Shown: positions 17,897 through 26,519 of the stretch, one piece after another | Position numbering within the stretch: position 1 is the first letter of the stretch | Layout of the letters: each line of letters opens with the position of its first letter | Assembly: GCF_000734015.1 (NCBI RefSeq) | Contig: NZ_CP008796.1 | Span: forward strand, 510,001 to 542,000 | DNA from: Thermodesulfobacterium commune DSM 2178 | Lineage (GTDB): Bacteria; Desulfobacterota; Thermodesulfobacteria; Thermodesulfobacteriales; Thermodesulfobacteriaceae | Direction of reading: 5' to 3' | Length of the DNA: 32,000 nt | Program-made: the position numbers and the translations under genes | The notes under the pieces: generated by a model | Told to the model about the DNA's origin: nothing | Databases searched by the model: none | What the model saw: the letters and a program-made list of their open reading frames with translations, nothing else

Positions 17897-19437
17897 AAGG
17901 CAAAGCTTGCCATAAAAAACTTACGTTATGAAGAAAGAACTAACTATTTCTGGATAAATGATGGAAGTCTCCCCTATCCGATAATGGTAATGCATCCAAC
18001 GGTTCCTCAGCTTGAAGGAAAACCTCTTTCTGACACCAAATTCAACGTAGCATACAAACGACAGACTGACCTTAATGCAAAAGAGGAAAAGGTAAACAAT
18101 CAAAATCTTTTTACTCTTTTGGTAGAAACTGCAGGTAAAACAGGACAGGCTTTTGTTTGGTACAAATGGCCTAAACCGTTAAAAGGGGGAGGAGTAACTA
18201 AAGAAGTTTATCCTAAACTTTCCTATGTCGTAAAGTTTGAACCATGGAACTGGTATATAGGAACAGGGGTTTATATTGATGATGTCGATAAAGCTTTTAT
18301 ACAAGCTATGAAGAGAAATAGTATAAAAACTGGCTTAGCTGTGTTAATAATTTTACTTATCACAGGATTTTTGGCTATTTTATCTGTCCGTTCTATTTCT
18401 ATACCAATCTCTGAATTAGAAGAAAAAATAAAAAAATTTGGACAGGGACATCTAAACATCGAGTTTAAAACCCAAAGAAAAGATGAAATAGGTAAAATTG
18501 CTAACAGCTTAGATGATGCTATTAGCAACCTCAAGGGAATTCTTTTAAGTATCAAAGAAGTTTCAGAAAGTCTTTCTGATTCAGCCAATGGTCTAACTGA
18601 AGTGTCTAATCAGTTCAAAATAAGCCTTGACCTCCAAACCCAGCAAGCAACCCAGATTGCCTCTGCTGCAGAAGAAATGTCCATTACTGTGGTTGATATC
18701 GCTAAAAACACGACAAGCATTTTAGAAGAAAGTAAAAAAACAGCAGAAATTGCCAAAGAAGGTGAAACCTATATTTTAAAAACCGCAAATGAAGTTAAAA
18801 TAATAGAAAAAACAGCAGAAAAACTAAAAGAAGTCATGTATAGTTTAGAAGAAAGGACCAGGGCAATAGAGAGTGTGGTAGAGTTTATCAAGGATGTGGC
18901 AGAGCAGACCAATTTACTTGCATTAAACGCAACGATTGAGGCAGCCCGAGCTGGAGAGCATGGAAAATCTTTTGCGGTTGTTGCAGGGGAGATAAGAAAA
19001 TTAGCAGAAAGAACTAACAAATCAACCGATGAGATAGCAGGTGTTATAAGGGAGATAAAGGGAGTGGTAGAGGAGGTGAGTAGGGAGGTAGAGGAGATAG
19101 GTGCTAAGGTTGAGAGTGGTGCAAGGCTTAGTGAGGAGGCATCAGGGATTCTTAGTAGGATAGCAGATGCGGCAGAAAGATTGCAGGAGATGATACAGAG
19201 CATTGCAAGTGCGACAGAGGAGATGAGTGTTACGTCTGAGTCAGTAGCTAAGGATGTAGGTAGTGTGGCGGAAGGAATACAAGAACTAAAAAGAAACATC
19301 TTTTCCCTTCTTGAAACCACGGAAGGTATAAAAAAAATGGAAGAAGAACTAAGAAAAAAAGCCTCTATTTTTACCCTTTAATTTTTTTTAATTTTGATTA
19401 TAATGTTTAAACAATATTAATTTTAAAGGAGATTTGT

Positions 19438-20208
19438 ATGGATAGAGAAACCTTGATAAAAGGAATGGTGCTTTATGAAGATATCGACCACAAGTTTATC
19501 TGGTTAGGATGGGAAGAAGAGGAAGAAGAAGGGTTGGTACAGACTAATCAATATCTGATCATAAATAAAGGAAAGGGGATTCTTCTTGATCCAGGTGGGG
19601 TGTATGTTTTCCCCAGAGTTTTAGCTGCTGTTGCCAACTACATAGACATTGACAACATAGAATATATCTTCTTTTCACATCAAGACCCTGACGTAAGCTC
19701 AGGACTTATTACCTGGTTGGAAAACACCAACGCCAAGATTTATATCAGCAAACTTTGGATAAGGTTTATCCCTCATTTTGGTTACAATTCTTTAAGGCGG
19801 ACTATACCTTTAGAAGATAAAGGAGGAGAATTAACTTTGGGTTCAGGTGATAAACTTTTGTTTATACCTGCCCATTTTCTTCATTCTAAAGGTAATTTTT
19901 CCGTATTTGATACGCGAAGCAAAATTTTGTTTTCTGGAGATATAGGTGCAGCTGTTTTTCCTAAAGGTCAGAGATATCTTTTTGTAGAAAACTTTGAAAA
20001 CCATGTAAAACTTATGGAAGGTTTCCATAAAAGATATATGGGAAGTAATAAAGTATGCAAAAAATGGGTTAACTTAGTCAAACCTCTTAATCCAACCATG
20101 ATAGCTCCTCAACATGGAGCAATTTTTAAGGGAGAGAATGTAAAGAAATTCCTTAACTGGTTTGAGAACTTAAGTTGTGGGCTTGATATCATAGACCAAA
20201 TTTATTAA
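19438..20208 (+). CDS. Metallo-beta-lactamase-fold di-iron protein resembling the flavodiiron-protein core without a flavodoxin domain (ODP-like oxygen/iron sensor candidate)
   Basis: 256 aa. By eye it aligns to the FDP N-terminal domain: TNQYLII, ILLDPGG, IEYIFFSHQDPDVSSG (at the HxExDH site), FIPAHFLHSKGN, ILFSGDIGA and IAPQHGAIF. There is no C-terminal flavodoxin module. Own TATAAT at 19399-19404 and RBS AAGGAG. Confidence 0.65.
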   Translation: MDRETLIKGMVLYEDIDHKFIWLGWEEEEEEGLVQTNQYLIINKGKGILLDPGGVYVFPRVLAAVANYIDIDNIEYIFFSHQDPDVSSGLITWLENTNAKIYISKLWIRFIPHFGYNSLRRTIPLEDKGGELTLGSGDKLLFIPAHFLHSKGNFSVFDTRSKILFSGDIGAAVFPKGQRYLFVENFENHVKLMEGFHKRYMGSNKVCKKWVNLVKPLNPTMIAPQHGAIFKGENVKKFLNWFENLSCGLDIIDQIY

Positions 20209-20224
20209 CCTTTAGGGGGAAAAC

Positions 20225-21088
20225 ATGTTCAACTTTCTTAAAAAAGAAACTAAAACATTTAATCCTACTTCAACTTTTTCCCCCTACCCTATCAACCTAA
20301 GAAAAGTAGCGCAAAAACTTTGGAAATTTTCTTATATAAAAAGTCTTTCCCATTATGTTTCTGAAGCTCTTATAAAAGCCTTACAGCTTTCACAAGAATC
20401 TGGTAAGTATATTTCTTCTTTGGTAGAAAAGTTTAATTTTGCCATCCAAACCCTTTCTGAAAAAATATTACCCATAAAATCTGAAACAGATAACTTGGTA
20501 AAAAGATCTGAGGAGTCAAAAGAAAAGATAAACGTTATGATAGAAGAGGTAAAAGTTATAGAAAGCAGCCTTAAAAACTTTGTAGAGACCTCAAAAAAAA
20601 TGCAAAACTCGTTCCAAGAAATCAAAAATTCTTTGACAGAAATTCATAACATCGCAGACCAAACGACTATCTTGTCCCTGAATGCATCCATTGAGGCTGC
20701 TCGAGTGGGATTAGCTGGAAAAGGTTTCACCGTGCTTGCTGAAGAAATTAGAAAATTAGCTAACAAAACCAATCAGTTTGCTAAACACATTAACGAAAGC
20801 ATCCTTTCTGTAGAAAAAAACATCAACTTTTTTACTACCTCGATCTTTGCCCTTAAAGAAAGCTTAGATAAAAGCATCGAAACTTTAAAGGAACTATATT
20901 TTTTTATAGATTCTAACCATCAGATGGCTGAAAACGTAGAAAGACTTATAAATGATATGTTTTTAGCCATAGAAGAGCAAGTTAAAATTACAGAAGAGAT
21001 TACTCAAAACATGGTTAACCTTTCAAAAAATTTAGAAATTACGGAGAAGCAACTTCAATCTATAGTGATACAGTTTAAAAAGATTTAA
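20225..21088 (+). CDS. Soluble (transmembrane-less) chemoreceptor consisting essentially of an MCP signalling domain
   Basis: 287 aa with no hydrophobic segment. Coiled-coil heptad character throughout. Tip: ADQTTILSLNASIEAARVGLAGKGFTVLAEEIRKLANKT. Confidence 0.8.
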   Translation: MFNFLKKETKTFNPTSTFSPYPINLRKVAQKLWKFSYIKSLSHYVSEALIKALQLSQESGKYISSLVEKFNFAIQTLSEKILPIKSETDNLVKRSEESKEKINVMIEEVKVIESSLKNFVETSKKMQNSFQEIKNSLTEIHNIADQTTILSLNASIEAARVGLAGKGFTVLAEEIRKLANKTNQFAKHINESILSVEKNINFFTTSIFALKESLDKSIETLKELYFFIDSNHQMAENVERLINDMFLAIEEQVKITEEITQNMVNLSKNLEITEKQLQSIVIQFKKI

Positions 21089-21095
21089 AAAATTG

Positions 21096-21977
21096 TTATT
21101 TAACTAAACTTTCCAAAGCCCCCTTTATCTCAGGGTAAATAAATTTAAAATCGTTTTGTATCAATCTTCGAGGATGAGCCTTTATATTTGCAGTTATACT
21201 GTCTGCCAACTCACCTAAAAACAACTTTAAGGCAAACATAGGTACCCTAAAGAAAGCTGGTCTTTTTAAAACCGTAGCCAGGGCTTTAGTAAACTCTTTG
21301 TTGGTTACAGGTTGAGGGGAAGTAAAGTTAAAAACTCCTTCAAGGTCTTTTTCTATGAGAAAAATCAAGCCGTTTACTAAATCACTTATATGTATCCAAG
21401 AAAACCATTGTCTCCCATCCCCCAAAGTTCCACCTAATCCCCACTTAAAAACAGGTAAAACCTTGGCAAGCATACCACCTTTACCAAGAACGATACCAAA
21501 ACGGGTTATAGCTACTTTAACTCCATACTTCTTAGCATTTTGAGCCTGTTTTTCCCATTCTATGCATACTTTTGCCAGAAAATCATTTCCTGGTTGAGAG
21601 TCTTCGTCTACGGACTGATCTCCTTTATCTCCATAATATCCTATGGCTGAGGCATTTATCAAAAAAGCGTTTTTTTTTAAAGATTTTACGATGTTTTCTG
21701 TAGACTTAACTCTGCTTTCTAAGATTAGTTTTTTATAAGACTCAGTCCATTTTCCAAAGATGTTTTGTCCTACCAGATTGATTACCACGTCAAAATTGGA
21801 AACCTCTGCTTGCCAACTTCCTGATTTCATAGGGTCTCCCAAGATAAAATCACAACCTGAAAACCGAGACTTAGCCTTTTCTAAATTCCTTACCAATAAA
21901 GTCGTACTGAAACCTTTTTTTATCAGTTCAGGCACTAAAGCTCCCCCAACAAAGCCTGTACCTCCAACTACCAGCAC
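21096..21977 (-). CDS. yfcH: TIGR01777/YfcH-type NAD-binding epimerase-family protein (SDR39U1-like, DUF1731 C-terminus)
   Basis: 293 aa. N-terminal VVGGTGFVGGAL Rossmann motif and a C-terminal ..RPAFFRVPMFALKLFLGE..RRLIQNDFKFIYPEI pattern. Confidence 0.8.
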   Translation of the reverse strand: MLVVGGTGFVGGALVPELIKKGFSTTLLVRNLEKAKSRFSGCDFILGDPMKSGSWQAEVSNFDVVINLVGQNIFGKWTESYKKLILESRVKSTENIVKSLKKNAFLINASAIGYYGDKGDQSVDEDSQPGNDFLAKVCIEWEKQAQNAKKYGVKVAITRFGIVLGKGGMLAKVLPVFKWGLGGTLGDGRQWFSWIHISDLVNGLIFLIEKDLEGVFNFTSPQPVTNKEFTKALATVLKRPAFFRVPMFALKLFLGELADSITANIKAHPRRLIQNDFKFIYPEIKGALESLVK

Positions 21978-22021
21978 TTTTTTTATAGTAATAACCTCAA
22001 GTTTTTCTCCTATAAAACATT

Positions 22022-22793
22022 TTAAAATAAAAACATCAGAAAGTAAATAATACCTATAAAAATACGGTAAACTCCAAATATAAAAAAACTATGCTTAGAA
22101 ATAAAACTCAGAAAAGTTTTGATAGCTACCAGTGCCGTAAAAAAAGCAAAGATAAAGCCTACTAAAAGGACTTGCCAATCTTGAAAGGACATCTCGGAAT
22201 ATGATTTGATGAGGTCATAACTGGTAGCCATAAGCATCGTTGGTAAGGCCAGAAGAAAGGAAAACTCAGCCGCAGCCTTTCTGTTAAGACCAACCACCAT
22301 CCCTCCTATGATGGTAGCAGCTGAACGAGAAACTCCAGGCATCATGGCTAAAGACTGAAAAACCCCTATTAAAGGTATTTTCTTTAAACTAAGCTCTTTT
22401 ACATCAGACAGCCTATTATCTTTTTGAAAAAATCTGTCTATAAATAAAAGCACTATCCCTCCGAAAATCAAGTTTATTACCACCAAAAGGTCGTTGCCTA
22501 TAAAAAATCTTTTGATTATTTTATAAAGTAAAAACCCTAATATACCTGTAGGAATAAAGGCCAAAATAATCCTTTTCCAGGTTTCCCAATCTTTTAAAAG
22601 TTTTTCGTAATAGAGAAAAAAAAACCGCTAAAATAGACCCGAGTTGTATGGAAATTTCAAAAGTCTTGGTAAAGTTAGTGTGAGGAATGTTTAAGATATG
22701 AGCAGTCAAAATGAGATGGCCTGTAGAAGAGACAGGTAAAAACTCGGTTAGCCCCTCTACTATGCCTAATATAGCAGCTTGAATAAGGTCCAT
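22022..22793 (-). pseudogene. uppP: Undecaprenyl-diphosphate phosphatase UppP/BacA, split by a 1-nt frameshift in an A9 (coding-strand T9) tract
   Basis: N-terminal ORF 22521-22793 (..[32 protein letters not shown]) and C-terminal ORF 22022-22564 (..[23 protein letters not shown]..). Removing one T from the run at 22616-22624 joins them as ..[28 protein letters not shown].., a 256-aa UppP. Confidence 0.88.
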
Positions 22794-22995
22794 AAAACCT
22801 CCTGCTACAATTTTTATGTTAGTTTTTGTTTAATACATTTTGTGTTGTAAACAAAATAAAAAAGAACAAGGATTCCTTATGGCAATTTTCTTTGAGTTAA
22901 AACGGCTATTTCTCTTTTATTTTAAGCAAATTTTGTTACATTGTTAAAAGATACTCGATTTTAAACGTTATGCAACCTAAAAAAGAGGGATTAAG

Positions 22996-23931
22996 ATGGA
23001 AAAATATCGTATAGTTTTTTTTGGTAGCCCAGACTTTGCGATACCCCCTATAGAAGGATTGTATGAAAATGAAAACCTTATAGCAGTGGTTACTCAACCA
23101 GACAAACCCCAGGGAAGAGGTTTAAAAACCCTACCCTGTGCGGTGAAAAAATGGGCTTTAGAAAAGGGAATTTATGTGTTAGACCCTCAAAAAATAAAAG
23201 GAAATGTTGAATTTTTTAAAATTCTAAAGGAACTTGCTCCTGACCTGATCGTGGTTTGTGCCTATGGTAAAATCCTACCTAAGGAAGTTTTAGAAATTCC
23301 GAGATTTGGATGCTGGAACATACATGCCTCTTTGCTTCCTAAATACAGAGGTGCCTCTCCTATCAACTGGGCTATCTTACAAGGAGAAAAGGAAACAGGT
23401 ATAACCATCATGCTTATGGACGAAGGGTTAGATACTGGTCCCATACTTTTGCAAAAAAAGGTCTCAATAGAACCAGAAGACAACGCCTTAACCTTAGCTC
23501 AAAAGCTTAGTGACCTTGGTAAAGAGGCTATTTTAGAAGCCATAGAGCTACATAAAAAGGGATTACTCAAGCCTATCCCTCAACCTGAGGAGGGTGCCTC
23601 TTATGCACCTTTATTAAAAAAAGAGGATGGATTTTTTACTTTTAAAGAACCTGCTTGGTTTATCGAGAGAAAGGTAAGGGCCTTTGTTCCTTGGCCTACA
23701 GCCTATACCTACATTCAAGGAAAAATCCTTAAGGTATATAAGGCTAAAGCCTTAGAATCAGAAAATAATACCCCAAGAGAAATCCTAAGGATAAATCAAG
23801 AGGGGATATTGGTAGGCACCTCCCAAGGTGCCCTTCTTTTAATTGAGGTCCAGCCGGAGGGTAAAAAACGAATGTCAGCGTTTGAGTTTGCCTGTGGTAA
23901 AAGGTTAAAACCCGGCGACCTCCTTACTTAA
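22996..23931 (+). CDS. fmt: Methionyl-tRNA formyltransferase
   Basis: 311 aa. Motifs: IVFFGSPDFA, NIHASLLPKYRGASPI, and a C-terminal tRNA-binding domain. Confidence 0.93.
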   Translation: MEKYRIVFFGSPDFAIPPIEGLYENENLIAVVTQPDKPQGRGLKTLPCAVKKWALEKGIYVLDPQKIKGNVEFFKILKELAPDLIVVCAYGKILPKEVLEIPRFGCWNIHASLLPKYRGASPINWAILQGEKETGITIMLMDEGLDTGPILLQKKVSIEPEDNALTLAQKLSDLGKEAILEAIELHKKGLLKPIPQPEEGASYAPLLKKEDGFFTFKEPAWFIERKVRAFVPWPTAYTYIQGKILKVYKAKALESENNTPREILRINQEGILVGTSQGALLLIEVQPEGKKRMSAFEFACGKRLKPGDLLT

Positions 23932-26500
23932 ACTGGGGAAGTTTACCTTTATGTAAAACCTGTAACAAAGGTGAAGCCAAAAATATAGAACTATAAGTCC
24001 CTACTATAAAACCTATCGTTAAAGCTAAGGCAAAGTCTCTTATCACTACTCCTCCAAACAAAAGAAGGCTCAAAGACCCAAAAAGGGTGGTCAAAACGGT
24101 GATTATCGTCCGAGAAAAAACGTCATTTATACTTTTGTTGATAAGCTCATCAAAGTTGGCGAAACTATGTTTTTGTAAATTCTCTCTGATACGGTCAAAG
24201 ATTACCACCGTGTCTGTCAAAGAATAACCTGCTAAGGTAAGAAGAGCTGTGATAAAAAGAAGGTTTATCTCTTTTCCTAAAAGATAAAACAAACCAAAAG
24301 TTACTAAAACATCATGAAAGGTCGCCAATCCGGCAGCTATCCCAAAATAAACGTTAAACCTAAAGGCTAAATAGACGATAATTCCTACCAAAGCTCCCAG
24401 AATAGCTAAAGTTGCTTTGTTTTGAAGTTCTTGACTAATGGTAGAACCTATTTCCTCTTTAGAAACTACATTAAATTTATGGTCAGGAAGTTTCTGGTTT
24501 AAAAGAGAAAGAATATGATTTACCTCTTCTGTAAGACTTTCTTTGCTAAGTTTGACTTTAAGAAGGATCATGTTTTCTTTCTTTATGTCTTGTAACATAA
24601 AATCTTTTATTCCGCTTTCTTCTAAGGTTTTTCTAAGGAGGCCTAAGTCAGGGGTTTTTTCACTGCTAAGATAAATAATAGCCCCTCCTGTAAAGTCGAT
24701 ACCTAAGTTGGCTTTACCTAAAAAGGCCTGCAATATTCCAAAACAACCAGTTAAGGAAAGAATTAAAGACAATATGGCACAGATTTTTTTAAACTTCATG
24801 AAGTTAAAGTTTGCTTTTTTATTCAATTCAAAAAATTTTATCCTAAAATCGATACCCCTTTCGTACAGATATTCATAAAAGATTTTGGTTGCAAAGATTG
24901 CGGTAAAGAGGTTTACTAAGATAGAGATAGATAGGGTTACAGCAAACCCTCTGATAGGACCTGTACCAAAGATGAATAAAATTAAAGAGGTGATAAGAAC
25001 GGTTACATGGGCGTCAAAGATGGTTATAAAAGTTCTTGAATATCCCTGGAAAATGGCAGAAAAAGTCGTCCTTCCAGCTTTTAACTCTTCTCTTATTCTC
25101 TCAAAGATAAGAACGTTAGAATCAACCCCCATTCCTATACTAAGGATAATTCCTGCAATTCCTGGAAGGGTAAGGGTGGCTTGAAAAGCAGAAAGTAAGG
25201 CTAAAAGAAAGTAAATATTTAGAACTAAAGCTATTACAGCAACTACACCTGATATTCTGTAATAAAAAATCGTAAAAATTATAACCGCTGCTGCTCCTAT
25301 GACCCCTGCTATCAATCCTTTTTTGATCGAGTCAGTCCCCAAAGAAGGGCCTATGGTTATGTTTTGCAAGATTTTTACCGGAGCGGGTAAAGCCCCTGCT
25401 CTTAGGACCAGTGCCAGGTCAGAAGCTTCTTGCATAGAAAAACCACCTGTAATCTGGGCCTCCCCTCCAGAAATCTTTTCTTTTATCACCGGAGCTGATC
25501 TGACTACCTCATCAAGCACGATAGCTAAACGCTTGCCCACGTTTTCTGAGGTGATAAGTTCAAATATCTTGGCTCCTCTTGAGTCAAACTGAAGCCATAC
25601 ATAAGGTTCGTTGGTTTGAGGGTTAATTCTTACCTGTGCTGTTTTTAGATAAGTCCCTGTTAACAAAACCTCTTTTTTTAACACCATCGGTTTTTTGATC
25701 ACCTTTCCTGTTTCTTTATCTTTCTCAACCATAAAATAAAACTGGGAGTCTTGGGGCAAGTAAGGGGCAAGTAGTTTTCTCCACTCCTCTATCGGGGCAT
25801 CGAAGGAAATTTTTCCAGTTTGTACTAAAGAATTTACTAACTGATCAAGCCTTTGCATCGTTTCTTCGTCTACCAACCTAAACTCAAGTTGTGCGGTTTG
25901 GCCTATGATGTTTATGGCTCTTTCCGGGTCTTTAAGACCAGGTAACTGAACTACTATCTTATCTTTCCCCTGTTTGGTGATAATTGCTTCTGCAACCCCA
26001 AACTGGTCTACCCTATTTCTTATTACCTCTAAAACTTGGTTTAAAAGGTTTTCTTTTATATAAATGATACGTTCTTCTGATAAGGTTACCTCAACCATAA
26101 ATAAATTTTCTTGTTGATACTCTTTGGAAATGGCTATCTCTTTTATTCCCTTTAAAACCTCATCTTTAAAAACCTTCACATCTTTTGGGTCTTGAAATTT
26201 AAAAACAGCCTTCAGGTTATCGATCGATACCTCATAAGAAGAGGAAACCAATTTGTTGAGTTGGGCTTTAATGTCTTGAACATAGTTTTCAAACTGGTTT
26301 TGCATAGCTTTATCGATGTCTGGTTGTAATACTAAATGAACCCCACCTTTTAAATCAAGCCCAAGCTTAAGCTCGCCTCGATAGACATATTTTTTAAACC
26401 AAGGAGGAAGGTTGGGTACAAAGGTAGGTAAAAGCAAAAGAGCCGCAAATCCGATTAAAAAAAGGAGAAAAAAAAGTTTTATTTTAAGTTTAAAAGACAA
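23924..26500 (-). CDS. secDF: Fused protein-export membrane protein SecDF
   Basis: 858 aa. SecD N-terminus (LGLDLKGGVHLVLQ), a periplasmic P1 domain and two RND-like 6-TM bundles (..GPSLG.., ..AGYSLTDTVVIFDRIREN..). Its end overlaps the convergent fmt end by 8 nt. Confidence 0.93.
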   Translation of the reverse strand: MSFKLKIKLFFLLFLIGFAALLLLPTFVPNLPPWFKKYVYRGELKLGLDLKGGVHLVLQPDIDKAMQNQFENYVQDIKAQLNKLVSSSYEVSIDNLKAVFKFQDPKDVKVFKDEVLKGIKEIAISKEYQQENLFMVEVTLSEERIIYIKENLLNQVLEVIRNRVDQFGVAEAIITKQGKDKIVVQLPGLKDPERAINIIGQTAQLEFRLVDEETMQRLDQLVNSLVQTGKISFDAPIEEWRKLLAPYLPQDSQFYFMVEKDKETGKVIKKPMVLKKEVLLTGTYLKTAQVRINPQTNEPYVWLQFDSRGAKIFELITSENVGKRLAIVLDEVVRSAPVIKEKISGGEAQITGGFSMQEASDLALVLRAGALPAPVKILQNITIGPSLGTDSIKKGLIAGVIGAAAVIIFTIFYYRISGVVAVIALVLNIYFLLALLSAFQATLTLPGIAGIILSIGMGVDSNVLIFERIREELKAGRTTFSAIFQGYSRTFITIFDAHVTVLITSLILFIFGTGPIRGFAVTLSISILVNLFTAIFATKIFYEYLYERGIDFRIKFFELNKKANFNFMKFKKICAILSLILSLTGCFGILQAFLGKANLGIDFTGGAIIYLSSEKTPDLGLLRKTLEESGIKDFMLQDIKKENMILLKVKLSKESLTEEVNHILSLLNQKLPDHKFNVVSKEEIGSTISQELQNKATLAILGALVGIIVYLAFRFNVYFGIAAGLATFHDVLVTFGLFYLLGKEINLLFITALLTLAGYSLTDTVVIFDRIRENLQKHSFANFDELINKSINDVFSRTIITVLTTLFGSLSLLLFGGVVIRDFALALTIGFIVGTYSSIFLASPLLQVLHKGKLPQFK

Positions 26501-26519
26501 CTTTTACCTCCTGTAAAAG

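Larger units (their letters stand above)
16319..19381 (+). pseudogene. sCache-type methyl-accepting chemotaxis protein gene interrupted by an IS256-family element
   Basis: The 5' fragment runs 16319-16549: RBS AGGAGGTG, TM1, then ..LTEEEAKE. The 3' fragment resumes in frame at 17897: [23 protein letters not shown].., sCache_2-like, TM2, HAMP, tip [32 protein letters not shown]. Removing 16550-17896 gives one ORF of about 571 codons. Confidence 0.9.

Noticed and set aside
18769-19320. 183-aa antisense ORF inside the disrupted MCP
   Set aside because: Its Ser/Leu/Thr/Ala-rich low-complexity translation is typical of the antisense of a coiled-coil gene. It stays open only because the sense strand here is extremely C-poor (see the codon-block finding). 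It has no start context.
24885-25592. Two plus-strand ORFs (99 aa and 97 aa) inside secDF
   Set aside because: They lie antisense to a well-supported 858-aa SecDF gene. They have no RBS and the composition of shadow frames.
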